This document shows, one piece after another, positions 49,346 through 61,167 of a stretch of DNA of 64,000 nucleotides. This DNA is from Schizochytrium sp. TIO01. Taxonomy: Eukaryota; Protista; Bigyra: Labyrinthulomycetes. The position numbers and the translations under genes are program-made. Within the stretch, counting starts at the first letter, position 1, and each line of letters starts with the position of its first letter. The notes beneath the pieces were generated by a model, which did no database searches, was not told the origin of the DNA, and saw nothing but the letters and a program-made list of their open reading frames with translations. The stretch lies in the NCBI GenBank assembly GCA_004764695.1, contig SMSO01000034.1:4650001-4714000 (forward strand). The letters are read 5' to 3'.

Positions 49346-51163
49346 TTAGGTGATCACAGTGGGACCCTCACGCCCGGTAATGGCGTGAATGTCAGAAAAG
49401 TCAAGGGCCAGCTGTACAAGGGACTCGAGCGCCGTAGCGGTCTCCTGGTTCGTGTCTTCCTTGCTGTATTTCTCAATGTACAGGCGGATTGTGGCGCCAA
49501 CGGAGCCAGTTCCGGAGAGGCGAAAGACGAAACGAGAACCGTCGCCCATAAGGAAACGCCAACCCTGGTTCGGGGAGATGGAGCCGTCAACCTCATCGTG
49601 AAATTCGAATTCATCGCATTTCACGAGCGTGAAGCCACCTCCGACCTCGAGAGGCTTCTCGCCCGTGAGCTGGAACATGAAGATGATGCCATTAAGGCGG
49701 GCCATGACCTTTTGTGCGAGGTCTGCCTCAACATTCTCATAATCATACCGCGTGTAGTAGTTACGGCCAAAGTTCTCCCAATGCTCACGGACCACATCTT
49801 CGACAGATACAAGCGGCTTGGACTTATCGGTATTCTTGGCTGCAAGGATGTTAAGCCAGCAAAGTACTGCGAAAATACCGTCCTTCTCGCGAATGTGGTT
49901 GGACCCCGTACCGAAGGACTCTTCTCCACAGAGCACGGGGTTGAAGTCCTTTTCACCGCCGGTGAGCTCCTTGGCGTCCATGAGGTTTCCAAAATACTTC
50001 CAGCCTGTAGGTGTCTCGAAAAACTTCATATCCTTATCCTCTGCCACGCGATCTGCCGCTCCAGATGTCGGCATACTGCGAGCCACCGTCTTGAGACCGT
50101 CCTTGAAAAACTTGATACACTCTGCATTGTTGGCAATCACTGCGAGTGAGTCCGAAGGAGTCACAAAGAACTGTTTTCCGAGAATCATGTTACGATCAGC
50201 ATCACCGTCTGCGGCAGCTCCGAAGTCTGGGAGACTGTCAGGATCTACGTCGGCGAGAGCGCATCCCTTGGAGTCCAAGCCCATGCTCTTGACCAGGTCA
50301 TGAGCGTAAGTGAGGTTGGGATCCGGGTGGCCTCCGCCAAAATCCTCGAGAGGCTCGCAGTTCTGAAGCTGCTCCAGAGGCACGCCGAGTTCCTGGTGGA
50401 AGATGCGCTTGGCAAAAGGACCGGCCACACCGCTCATGGCGTCGTAGGTGAAGGTGAAATCATCGCGTTCCAGGAAGGCCTTAATTTCCCCGAGGTCAAA
50501 GACTTCATCCATGAGCTGCGCATATGTTTCAGTAGAGTCAATGACTTCGACGCTAAAGTTGTCTCCAAAGGAGGTCTCACCAACGGTGGCAAGGTCTACT
50601 TCGGGAAGGTCGGCGATCTTATACTCAGAGATCGTCTGGGAGATCTTGAAGATGGCGTCAGTAATGGCCTCGTTTGCAGGGCCACCGTTGCGGGAGTTGT
50701 ACTTGAGACCGCAATCTTCGTTAGGGCCGGCAGGGTTGTGGCTGGCAGTCATGATAAAGCCTCCGGCAGCGCCAAGGGACCGGATGAGGTGGCTCACAGC
50801 AGGCGTGGAGATGAGACCCTCAAGACCGACCACGACCTTTGCAACGCCGTTGGCACAGGCCATGCGGATGATGGTCTGAGCCATTTCTTTGTTGTAGTAG
50901 CGGCCATCACCGCCAAGAATCAACAGATCTCCCTCGGGATTGGCGTCGCCTTTAAGAGAGTCAAAGGTGGCCTGGACGAAGTTCTCAACGTAGTTTTCCT
51001 GCATGAAGACCTTGGCTTTCTTGCGAAGACCCGAGGTGCCAGGCTTCTGGCCCTCATAGGGCTTCGTGCTCACTGTCTGGATCTTGGGGCTGCTCATCGT
51101 GGCAAAAGGCACTTGCTGCCTCGCTCTCAATCGGATTTGCGTTCGGATTTGCTGTACCAACAT
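49346..51163 (-). CDS. PGM: Phosphoglucomutase (eukaryotic PGM1 family)
   Basis: QKPGTSGLRKK, phosphoserine loop TASHNP, metal loop DGDADR, GEESFG, RLSGTG, C-terminal PTVIT. Candidate ATGs at 51163 and 51097. Confidence 0.97.
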   Translation of the reverse strand: MLVQQIRTQIRLRARQQVPFATMSSPKIQTVSTKPYEGQKPGTSGLRKKAKVFMQENYVENFVQATFDSLKGDANPEGDLLILGGDGRYYNKEMAQTIIRMACANGVAKVVVGLEGLISTPAVSHLIRSLGAAGGFIMTASHNPAGPNEDCGLKYNSRNGGPANEAITDAIFKISQTISEYKIADLPEVDLATVGETSFGDNFSVEVIDSTETYAQLMDEVFDLGEIKAFLERDDFTFTYDAMSGVAGPFAKRIFHQELGVPLEQLQNCEPLEDFGGGHPDPNLTYAHDLVKSMGLDSKGCALADVDPDSLPDFGAAADGDADRNMILGKQFFVTPSDSLAVIANNAECIKFFKDGLKTVARSMPTSGAADRVAEDKDMKFFETPTGWKYFGNLMDAKELTGGEKDFNPVLCGEESFGTGSNHIREKDGIFAVLCWLNILAAKNTDKSKPLVSVEDVVREHWENFGRNYYTRYDYENVEADLAQKVMARLNGIIFMFQLTGEKPLEVGGGFTLVKCDEFEFHDEVDGSISPNQGWRFLMGDGSRFVFRLSGTGSVGATIRLYIEKYSKEDTNQETATALESLVQLALDFSDIHAITGREGPTVIT

Positions 51164-51272
51164 CGCCTCGGCGAGGCTGAAGCAACGACGACTATAGTAA
51201 TTGGAAAGAGCACTAAAAAATATCATTCCTCCTTATAATCACCCATCTACCATTAACCATAACAGTATTCAT

Positions 51273-51354
51273 TAAAAAAAGAAAAAAGAAAAAAGAAAAA
51301 AGAAAAAAGAAAAAAGAAAAAAGAAAAAAGAAAAAAGAAAAAAGAAAAAAGAAA
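51273..51354. repeat. (GAAAAAA)n heptamer repeat just upstream of PGM
   Basis: Direct reading. Confidence 0.93.
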
Positions 51355-51663
51355 GTCAGGACACAGAAGATGAACAGAATATCGATCGCTTCCTATCTGC
51401 ATACTGTACCGTCCTTTGACAAACAGCTCAAGGTTCCCGGGATGGTGCTCAGACATGGAGAAACAGCGAACGCTTCTATGCTAGACGAAGCCGCTAGATG
51501 CGACGGCTCTGCGCCTCTGGCTGCTCTTTCCTCGGCTTGGCTTCGGGCTCCTCGGAGTCTTCGCGGTGCTTTTTTGTGGGGATATCATTCTTTAGTTTTT
51601 AAAGTTTTTTTTTTAAAGTTTTTTTTTGTAACTTTCTCAAACTTTTTTACCTCATTTTTTTCC

Positions 51664-51755
51664 CATCATCATTATTATACTATCATTATCATCATTATCA
51701 TCGTTATTATCATTATCATCTTTATTATCATTATCATCATTACTACCATTATTAT
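51664..51755. repeat. Imperfect (ATC/ATT)n trinucleotide repeat
   Basis: Direct reading. Confidence 0.9.
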
Positions 51756-52935
51756 TAAAATAAAATAAAATAAAAAGTTTTGCCATTTTTTTAATCATTA
51801 TCTGTCGCTCATGTGCAGAATGAGAGCCCGAAAAGCTCAAGCTCAGGTTTGCACGAGTGCAATCCATCAGCAGCCTCACAGCGCTGGCAATGCCTGCTGC
51901 GAAACCTGGTCAGACCCTCGGGCAGGCCGTTCCGTCTGCCTGCATGCACGCCTATCGTGCACCAGCGCTTGCTCCAAGTGAGCGGGGTGCCAGCTGTCGT
52001 GCGGCAGAATCGGTGACGTGTGCGATCTGAAGAAGAAGCACTGCGCACCTCTTCGTCCGAACCCACGAGCAAACTCGTGGATCCTTTCTTTGCCTCAGTC
52101 GAGCATCGCTTAGCTTCCTCGCGAGCGCTCGAAGAAAGAAGCGAATGCTGCCGGCTGAGTCCTGGCTGCTAGCTCGAATCTCTCTGTGAAAAGCGAAAAG
52201 CAAGAGGGTTTCTTCCACTCCGAAGAAGCCCCTGCGTAGTGCTTGCTCCTCGAGGCACAAGTTACAGGTAAAGCAGCAGCACATGAGCAGGGTCACCGAA
52301 ATCTCGCTCTTCTTACAAGTATGCTCAGGTTTATCGGGTTCGCGAGGGATCTTCACCCGAGGCTATCGATTCGTGGACCCTCCTCGCTTCCTTGTGCAGG
52401 CAGGAGTCGGCATCATCTTCATCACTCGCCACCGACTCCAGCCAAGTCGCGAAGGCGATGCCGGCTGACGGAATCTGTGGCCGCGGCGTGAGGAAGAGCC
52501 CTCACGGTGCAGGACCGAGGCGAGTCTGGGATATTGAGCATCGTGAACGCGGTGGAGATGTGGCTCATGCTTCGTTTGTGGAGAATACAGCAAGCTCACG
52601 ATTCGGGAGATTGCGAATTGGGTTGGGCAATGCGAAGTTTGCTTTGTTTGCTCAGGCGACCGCGGCTTTGCGGGGCATCTCGAGGGCAGAAGATGACCGT
52701 CGGTCGCGCGAATTTGCTGAGCAGCTCAAGCGCCAGAATGCAGCCAACTTCTGTGGGTGGTTCGTAGAAACAAAGGAAACCCGCACAGTCAGCTTCCTGA
52801 CTGGACCATAGTCTGAGCAGCTCGCTCGCCACGGTGCGCGTACCGTGGAAAGTCGGCTAAGAGATGCAGATGCACAATGCACATATTCCATGTACGCTGC
52901 GCCTCGTGCTCAGCTGCGATCATGTCTTCTTCGCT

Positions 52936-52941
<6 letters not shown>

Positions 52942-52967
<26 letters not shown>

Positions 52968-52982
52968 CATACATATATATAT
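52942..52982. repeat. (TA)n / (TACA)n microsatellite
   Basis: Direct reading. Confidence 0.9.
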
Positions 52983-54865
52983 TGTATTGCAATCATCGCC
53001 TGAAGCAGGAGGTGGTGCCCGTCTACCCACGGCCTCGCAGCCTCTAAATGATTAGCTAGCTGCCGCCGGGGCTGCCGTAGCTCAACTTTGAGGGCTGTCG
53101 AAGTACTGTTATTCAATTCAAGTTATGAGTTAGTTATGTTATATGTAAATATGTGTTTTGAGCTGAGTTTCTACCCAAGTTGTTAGGAGTAGCTAGCCCC
53201 TGACTCAGCTACGCGATTTTGATAACTCCTTGACGATACCTACATCCAGAGTATGTGCCAAATAGATTCATGGGTGTTTGCATTCATGCGAGCTCTACCC
53301 AAGTCAAAGGATTGGTCGGAGTAGCATTTGACCAGCGAGAGCGGCAAAACCACAGGAAAGCACGTCTTCCAGAAATACTAATGCATTTACATTAATGGCA
53401 TACTAGCCCCCAAGATAGAGTATATTTTTGAGAGAAAGCATTGACGTGGCAGTATCTAAATTATCCTAGAGAGAGCGGTGTTTTGATGTGCCGCATGACA
53501 ATCGAAGAAACAAATTATTAGATGGTGGAAACTCGCCAAAGACTTCGTGGGGGAGTTCTCTCGTCATCGTATATTTTAAAACATTGCTAATAGGTCGTCT
53601 TAGTTCTTTTATAATTATGGCCAACGAAATCTGAATTGTGACATTGAGAAGAAAGGATCGGGTCTCAAATATACTTCGAGGTGTATGACCTTTTCAGCTC
53701 TTCCCTGGCATGTATAATCCTCCAAAACCTATCACAGCGGCATCTCTGGCACAATTTCATTAATCATCTGCACGTCTTCATCAACTGGATAAACCTTCGT
53801 GCCTCTTTTGAGACGTGGTACCTGTGGTTACTTGTGTAGTCTTTTGTCTTTGAGGCGACTAAACACTCCGGCTACGTGGCTTTGCTTTGCTCTTCCCCAA
53901 ACTATGATGGTGTGAGGCAACGAAAGCACGTTCCCGTAAAGCTGCTTCTATTTCTGCAAGGTCTAGCGCAGAAATATGAGTTTGATTTTGATCTCACCAT
54001 CAGATAGGCTACAGATTCCCTTTCCAAATCGAGTGTCGAGCGAGGGTGAGTAGAAGCTAGAGTATGCACACACGCACACACCCTTGTGACATCGCTGTAC
54101 TATTGTAGTAGAAGTAGTAGTAGGGGTAGTAGCAGTATTATGAGGCAGTAGTAAGCACTAGGTATCGTTGTACGGTATTCCACCAAAGCAGTAACTTAGC
54201 ATACTAATACACACTCTTGTGCGACCAAGTGAGCATTACAAATAATGAGAGAGAAAGAGAGCAAGCAAGTAAAAAAGGTAGTGATCGAAGACTCGATCAA
54301 ACGCAGATTGGGCCCGCGTCGAGGCCCTTGCTCTAAGGAAGATTGCTCTAGCGACAGGTCAGGGGGTCGCTGGACTCTGGTGGGCCCTTGCTTTGACCTG
54401 GGTCTGAGTGAGGAAGTGTATCTCAGCTAGGTGCGGCGGAAACGGCGGCTGACGTGGCCTCAGATTCGTTCGTTCGATTGTTGTTTATTTGTTTGTCCAC
54501 TTCCTTTCTTTCCTGGTTTCTTACCGTCGACCTTTCTGCCAACCTTAAACATCTTGACTCTGCGGCATTACATTGGATATTGGACCTTGGAGAAGAACGC
54601 AAAGGTCTCGTCAAGAAATCTGCAAGCTGTACAGTGGTGTATCTTGGGCAGGTAACGTTCGCAACAACCTTGTCCCGAATTACAAAAGATAGTGCAGCAA
54701 GGTATCTTTACCGCGCTCATTAAAAAAAAAGGAATTCTTTAGCTGGTGTGGACCTTTGACAACGTGGCCAATTTCGCTCGTAGACCCCGAAACCCAATAC
54801 CAAGTTCATCTTTGTGAAGAAAATACAAGCTCACGCAAGATATTGGAAACGGAATAGTTGGCACG

Positions 54866-57800
54866 ATGGACGGCGCACAGATCCTGAACTGCGTGCGCAG
54901 TGAAATTCACAATGTACTATCCACAATGAGACGCAACGGAAGGTGGGCTAGCGAAGAGAGATTTATGCGTGAGATCCCAAGCGATTTTGAGAATCCAATG
55001 ATTCGCTCATTACGCACCTTGCACGATTACCTGCAACCTTTTGACGATATCAGCGACGTGGATGCGGTTGCTTACCTGAAGCCATTTCTAGATGTAGTAG
55101 CTTTTCCAAATACAAACGGTGCAATGACTGGCCGTGCGCTCTCAAGCGTAAACAAGTTCTTGCTTTATGGCGCAGTGACAAAAGAGTCGCCACGGGGCCG
55201 CGAGGCTATCAACCTGGCCGTGGCAAGTGTTGTTGAATGCAAGTTCGAAGCAACTAATTCGTACAGCGATGAAGTAGTTCTCATGCAGCTCTTGGAGGTT
55301 CTTGTAAATCTTCTAAGATGTCAAGCAGGAAGTTATATTAGTGACCTTAATGTCTGGAAAATGGTGGAAACTTGTTACCGACTTAAGAACGAGAGCGGTA
55401 CAAGTCAGTTGCTTCGAAGTACGGCAGCTAACAGCCTTACTCACCTTGTATTGACGCTATTTTCAAGATCTTCAGAACTCATCACGGTCGAAGCCGTGAC
55501 AGAAATGGAGCAGCGCATGAAATCCTTTTCAGGAACTCGAGAAGAGTACTTGGAGGATATTTTACGTTCCGGTCGTGCTCGTCGAAGAAGCGAAACTGGC
55601 GAGGAGTTCTTTGATGACGACGTTTCAGATGAAAATGAAGATAATGCCATAGCAAGTACAACTGACGGGGAGGGAGAAGACTTTGATGACGTCGATGAAG
55701 ATGGTGAAGCTGGGAGCGAGGATGACGACGGCGATGCCGACACAACTGCGACCCAAAGTCTTGGTCAAAGGCCAAGTGAAGAAGATCTCAATGACGCAAA
55801 GGCCAGCGGGGTGGTCTCTGCAAATGTACAGTCCGCAAAACCACGACCTGGGCGCTCCTCGTCGAGAGGAGGTCGTGAAGTGGTATTGTCTGCTATCCCG
55901 ACGAGCGCCACTGGCGACTATGACTCCACCCTCTCAATGCAAGCAGAACGTTCAGGTCAACTTTCACCTCTTGCGGCATCTGCTCGGGGCTCATATGTGG
56001 AGCATTCGCCATCTCAAACGCCACCATTAGAGGCTATGGTACACTTGCAACGGCCTGGGTCTCGTGGTTTGGACAAAGAGGACCCTGATGAGGTGCTCTA
56101 CAGAATGTTACAGCCCATTCGCTTCGGCAATTCGTCTTCGGCCCCGGCACGATCCCCAACAACACCATTGCAGATCAACGGATCTGCAGATTCCTATGGA
56201 TTGGCTGTGCTTGTAAAAGTACTTGACTTCTTAGCACAATTAATGGATCCATTGTATAACAGTGAGTCGGCGCGTGTCTTTGCTCTACAACTTATTAATA
56301 TTGTTCTAGAGAGTGGCGGCGAAACGTTGGCAATTTCTTCGCCTCCGATTGAATCTTCACCTATTATTTCAGTATTGCAAGGGGATATGTGCAAGCATTT
56401 GTTACAAAATTCACAGTCTGGAGATCTTTCTGTTTTGTCACTCACATTGCGTGTAATCTTTAATCTCTTCAATGCCATGAAGGGTCATCTCAAGGTACAA
56501 CTCGAGGTGTTTTTAACCAGCGTACATTTGAGAATTGCGGAGTCCCCATCTGCTACCTATGAGCGTAAGGAGCTTGCGCTGGAGTCTTTGCTAGACTTCT
56601 GTCGCGAACCAGCTCTTATGCTTGACCTGTACACGAACTATGATTGCGACTTTCGTTGCACCAACTTATTTGAGACCTTATGCAAGTGCTTGTGTCGATG
56701 CTCTATCCCAGTTCATATTTTGGCAAGCAACTCAAGAATAGCTTATATTACCGGTCTTGACACCGATGAAGATATGGGTCCAGAATCCGCTGTGATTTCT
56801 GCGGAGGAATTTGCGTCAAGTTTAGACTCTATTATGGAACTAGGTAATCATTTGGACCCAGACGATGACAGCACCGGCATCACAGTTCTTGAGTGTAACT
56901 CGCTGGAGGGTGTCTTAGCTGTCATTGATTCTATTGCGCGCCGGTGTGTGGATGCTCCATCAGAAGAGGCCATTGTGAGTGCAGCTGAGCGGGAGCGCGA
57001 AAGGCAGGCATCACCAGTGGACTGGTCTAGTTTTCTCGATAGCGATGCCGGTGGTGCAGGGGAGGATTTGCAGTGGCTTGCAAATGCCCGCGAGCGTCGA
57101 GCTGAAATGCTTCGCGAGCGCAAGCAAATGAAGCGACGACTAATGCTCGCTGCCCGTCAGTTCAATAAGAAGCCAAACAAGATGTACTGGCTTGAGTATG
57201 CTCAAGATTTGGGTATCTTACCAACCCCTGTCATGCCAAAGGATGTCGCTGCATTCTTCCTCAACACCCCAGGTCTCGACAAGGCTGCTGTAGGCGAATA
57301 TCTTTCTGAAGATCCTAGCTACAAGCCTTTCAACCATGAGGTCATGCAAGCTTACCTTGCTAGCTTCAGCTTTGCAGGTGTGCGTATTGATCGTGCTTTG
57401 CGTATGTTTCTCGCAAGCTTCCGCCTTCCTGGAGAAGCGCAGCGTGTTGATCGAGTTATGGAAGCATTTGGAAAACACCTCTATGCACAGAACATTGTTT
57501 CCCTCGAGGAAGATGGGGAGCATAATGAAAGTAAATCTTTGGGTGAGGATGCAGATGCGCGGGGCGTGTTCAAGTCTGCTGACGCAGCATTCATCTTTGC
57601 TTTCTCAATCATCATGCTCCACACTGACTTGCACAACCCGGTGATTGCTCCTGAAAAGAAGATGAAATTGCAAGAGTTTATCCGGAACAATCGCAACATT
57701 AATGCTGGAGAAAACCTGCCTGAGTCTCTCCTGGTGAACGTTTACGAGGCAATTCGTGATGAGGAAATGCGCATGCTGTATGACCCACACTCCCATTCGT

Positions 57801-60691
57801 CAACCTTACATTTAGATGCAGGAGGTAACAACAGCAGCAATAGCACTGCAGGTCCACGGAACTCGTTGACTGCTGGAGGCACAACGTGGGATACTGTTCT
57901 ACGCCATTCCCAAGTAGTTGACAAAGCCTTATTCACTCCGCGTGGATTAGGTCGCCTTGGCCTCCTCAGGGCTGGGGTTCACGAGCGAGACATGTACATG
58001 ATCCTTTTTGATTCGTCTATGCAGGCAATCTCAGTTATGTTTGAAATGACGCGAGATGGTAAAATGGCAGCACGAGCACTTGAAGGATTCCGTAACCTCG
58101 GCAAAATTGCTGTTTTCTTTGGTCTCTCTGACCACTACAATCGTATTATGATTACCCTTTGCAAATACTTTGTTCGATTTTTCCCCGCGCTTCAGGAGGG
58201 TGCACAGACCCAGCTTGACCTCGATGGGCTCGAGGCACTCCGGGATGCAACCGTCTACTCGACTCAGGGAAGCCGCAAACGACACAAGCTGGCTGCTTCA
58301 CTTGCCAAAGCTGAACGCTATGCAGCTTATCCTGCGTGTCGTGCACTGCTCACGTTTCGCGCTCTTTTGTCTTTAACAAAGCAGTATGGTAACTTGATGC
58401 GTGAGTCTTGGCGGAATTTCGTCCAAACGTTACTTGTCTTACACGAGCTAGATATGCTACCATCATCTTTCGTTGAGGTGGATGATGTCGTGGACCAGCA
58501 TGGGCAGCGTCTACCTACAAGCGCATCTTTGCTAGCCCCGAGGAGCGAACCCAACAGCGCCAGCTCTGGGGAGCGCTCGCGAAGTTCTGGGGGGCACCAT
58601 GGCCATCACAGCTTACAACAGCAGCGGCAGCAGCAGCAGCAATCTAACAATATCCATACTGAATCTCGAGGTGGTTTCTTCAGTGCTCTGACTTCACTTA
58701 TTTGGTCTGAAGACGATGCTGTAGATGAAAGGTTTCTGGAATGTCGTGAACTCGTGCGAGAAACCCTTACGGCTTGCCGCTTGAGCACGGTGTTTTCCAA
58801 GTCAAAGGGGCTTTCGCAGACCTCCTTGTTGCTTCTTATTGATGCCTTGCTTGTGCCCTTGGAGGACCCGAGTTTGAGCGAGGAAGCAGCTCTTGCAGCT
58901 GGTATTGGACTGGATGAATCAGAATCTTCATTCGAACAAAACACCATTTTGTGTGTTGAACTTCTGACGGAGGTCGGTTTGGCGAATAAAGACTCTATTG
59001 CTGTTTTCTGGCCGCTCTTGCATCGTGCTTACCGCCAGGTTTTAGTAAACGCCGGTGCTCTTGTAGAAGGTGACGACGAAGTTACTGCCAATTGGTCAAC
59101 TCCTGAGCCATTGCGCCCACGCCCGCAACGTGTACGTCGTGCCGGACAATGTTCGTTGTTTGTTGTCGAGCGTGTTGTTGTAAACTTGCTGCGTATTAGC
59201 GTCCAGGTTCTTGATAAGCCCGAAATGATGCCCTACCTTCTTTCTGCGTTGAGCTGGCTTGGGGATTTTTCTGATGACCTCTGTGAGCCTCTTGCTGCTC
59301 GGATTGGCTCTGGTTTATCAACAGTCTTAAGGTTCCACGCTGGAAATGTTCGCGAGGCCCAAGACTGGCGTATCGTGTGTCGGCTTCTTGACAGATTCGC
59401 TCATTTCCATGACTCTGTAGATGATACTTGGGGAATTGTGGAGACCCTGGTGCGGAGTGGGCATGTAACTCGCATCAACATGAATGCAATCGTTGACACC
59501 ATCTGCCTTTTTATTCGTAATGATGATCGAGCAGCTCTCCCTAACGTGGAGCCTGCAACTACGGCTTCCACACGCGCTGCTGAGGCGGTAAACCTGATTT
59601 ATGAGATCTCACAGCAAGTTTATTCTAGGGACCCCGATTTCTGCGACGAGAGACCTAGTAACTCAGAGTCAACGCCAAATTCAGGGAATACCTCCAAACC
59701 TGTGATTGCAGCTTCTCCAGCAGGAGTTTCTAGTAGAGAAATCCAAGAGGACCTGCATCGAGTGGGTAAAGAAGAGCTGAACCGCACGATGGCTCCGTCG
59801 TTTTCCTCAACGGCGAGTGGATCAGACTTGGAGGACTTTGCTACAAGTCCATTGCACAAAACAGTGAATGGCAGCTATGTAGTGGAGGGTCCTGACGCAT
59901 CGCTTCTACCGAACCGAGACCAGTGCTGGATGCTACTGGTTTTGCAACTACGCTATTGGTTTGGGGACAAACGGGTCGAAGTTGCTGCAGCTGCTACACG
60001 GGGTCTACAATCCTCGTTGTGGTCCCCACCTGAGAAGATTACACCTCGTCGGTGGCCCGAGATCTTTAGCAAGATCTTGTTCCCTCTGGTGGAGGATACA
60101 ACTCGCGAGGGGTGCAGTGAACAGCTAAGTATTCGTGCTATCAATCTTCTTATGCGGACTTTCCTTCACAATGTCGGTCTACTGAGTCAAACACCTGACT
60201 TTCACATGCTTTGGTTACGTACGGTCACTATCATGAGCAAGGCACTTACTCGTACCGAGAATATTCGTGAGAGCACACTAGAAAGCTTGCGGAACCTTAT
60301 CATGGTAATGCAAGCTGAAGACCTTTTTGCCAAGGTGTCAGAACAGGCTGGGGAGAACATGTGGGAGCTTACCTGGTCTGTAATTGAGTCCCAAGCACCA
60401 GGCGTCCGAGAGCTCATTGAAGAGTCTCTTGCAGCGTTCCATGATGTGGAAAATTACCACACTACAGGGGCGCAGGGGGGAACTCATGAGCCAACTGCTG
60501 AAGGTCATCCTAGCAAGACTGTGCCAACGGGGCAAGCGGTGCCTGCACATACACAATACCTCCAGCAAGCAGTCCAACCTGAATTCTCTCTACAACAAAC
60601 TAGATCGCATTCGATTGATGCCCAAGATGAGACAAACTCTGAGAATGAGCAATATGAGTATGAAGAGGGCACATCTCTCCAAGTTGTGTGA
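54866..60691 (+). CDS. GBF1: Large Sec7-domain ARF guanine-nucleotide exchange factor, GBF1/GNOM/Gea subfamily
   Basis: N-terminal DCB region (YLKPFLDV, ALSSVNKFL, DEVVLMQLL), HUS box LYTNYDCD, Sec7 glutamic finger FRLPGEAQRVDR, IIMLHTDLHN, C-terminal ESLRNLIMVM. Uninterrupted 1941-aa ORF. Confidence 0.95.
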   Translation: MDGAQILNCVRSEIHNVLSTMRRNGRWASEERFMREIPSDFENPMIRSLRTLHDYLQPFDDISDVDAVAYLKPFLDVVAFPNTNGAMTGRALSSVNKFLLYGAVTKESPRGREAINLAVASVVECKFEATNSYSDEVVLMQLLEVLVNLLRCQAGSYISDLNVWKMVETCYRLKNESGTSQLLRSTAANSLTHLVLTLFSRSSELITVEAVTEMEQRMKSFSGTREEYLEDILRSGRARRRSETGEEFFDDDVSDENEDNAIASTTDGEGEDFDDVDEDGEAGSEDDDGDADTTATQSLGQRPSEEDLNDAKASGVVSANVQSAKPRPGRSSSRGGREVVLSAIPTSATGDYDSTLSMQAERSGQLSPLAASARGSYVEHSPSQTPPLEAMVHLQRPGSRGLDKEDPDEVLYRMLQPIRFGNSSSAPARSPTTPLQINGSADSYGLAVLVKVLDFLAQLMDPLYNSESARVFALQLINIVLESGGETLAISSPPIESSPIISVLQGDMCKHLLQNSQSGDLSVLSLTLRVIFNLFNAMKGHLKVQLEVFLTSVHLRIAESPSATYERKELALESLLDFCREPALMLDLYTNYDCDFRCTNLFETLCKCLCRCSIPVHILASNSRIAYITGLDTDEDMGPESAVISAEEFASSLDSIMELGNHLDPDDDSTGITVLECNSLEGVLAVIDSIARRCVDAPSEEAIVSAAERERERQASPVDWSSFLDSDAGGAGEDLQWLANARERRAEMLRERKQMKRRLMLAARQFNKKPNKMYWLEYAQDLGILPTPVMPKDVAAFFLNTPGLDKAAVGEYLSEDPSYKPFNHEVMQAYLASFSFAGVRIDRALRMFLASFRLPGEAQRVDRVMEAFGKHLYAQNIVSLEEDGEHNESKSLGEDADARGVFKSADAAFIFAFSIIMLHTDLHNPVIAPEKKMKLQEFIRNNRNINAGENLPESLLVNVYEAIRDEEMRMLYDPHSHSSTLHLDAGGNNSSNSTAGPRNSLTAGGTTWDTVLRHSQVVDKALFTPRGLGRLGLLRAGVHERDMYMILFDSSMQAISVMFEMTRDGKMAARALEGFRNLGKIAVFFGLSDHYNRIMITLCKYFVRFFPALQEGAQTQLDLDGLEALRDATVYSTQGSRKRHKLAASLAKAERYAAYPACRALLTFRALLSLTKQYGNLMRESWRNFVQTLLVLHELDMLPSSFVEVDDVVDQHGQRLPTSASLLAPRSEPNSASSGERSRSSGGHHGHHSLQQQRQQQQQSNNIHTESRGGFFSALTSLIWSEDDAVDERFLECRELVRETLTACRLSTVFSKSKGLSQTSLLLLIDALLVPLEDPSLSEEAALAAGIGLDESESSFEQNTILCVELLTEVGLANKDSIAVFWPLLHRAYRQVLVNAGALVEGDDEVTANWSTPEPLRPRPQRVRRAGQCSLFVVERVVVNLLRISVQVLDKPEMMPYLLSALSWLGDFSDDLCEPLAARIGSGLSTVLRFHAGNVREAQDWRIVCRLLDRFAHFHDSVDDTWGIVETLVRSGHVTRINMNAIVDTICLFIRNDDRAALPNVEPATTASTRAAEAVNLIYEISQQVYSRDPDFCDERPSNSESTPNSGNTSKPVIAASPAGVSSREIQEDLHRVGKEELNRTMAPSFSSTASGSDLEDFATSPLHKTVNGSYVVEGPDASLLPNRDQCWMLLVLQLRYWFGDKRVEVAAAATRGLQSSLWSPPEKITPRRWPEIFSKILFPLVEDTTREGCSEQLSIRAINLLMRTFLHNVGLLSQTPDFHMLWLRTVTIMSKALTRTENIRESTLESLRNLIMVMQAEDLFAKVSEQAGENMWELTWSVIESQAPGVRELIEESLAAFHDVENYHTTGAQGGTHEPTAEGHPSKTVPTGQAVPAHTQYLQQAVQPEFSLQQTRSHSIDAQDETNSENEQYEYEEGTSLQVV

Positions 60692-61167
60692 TGAAAAAAC
60701 TTTGATAGGATTTAATAAGCATAACCAGACATGATAAATAACCATGTTTTTGCGTTTCGTTAGGTGATTTTTAGTACAATCCTCAAAGCAACAAAAAGTT
60801 TGCTGTCTTATTTGCTATTATCACACATCTAATGACAAGGACATGGAAGAAAATGCTCTTTTTGCTGCCCTTTCTTCTAAATGATTTTTTATTATTATAA
60901 TGATGTGCTCTTGGTTTGTTATCCTAAATCACTTTGCATTTACTGCCTACTGCCCTTATTGATACAAGGGGACTCGTTCTGTACAGAAGAATTGATCTGG
61001 TTCAGGCCAGGGTAATATCATGGCAGTCAATCAATAGTGTTCCCCGCTTATTGATTCCACGCAGCCTCGATAGCTGCAGCAACTGAATTGATTAATGAGG
61101 TGGAGGATGAGGACAAGAAGATCGCCAAGGCAGAAATAATATAAACTACAGCCCTGAGATTATAATT

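Noticed and set aside
49385-51238. Long antisense ORFs (254, 312, 161, 143 aa) opposite PGM
   Set aside because: Expected by-product of strong codon bias in a highly expressed gene.
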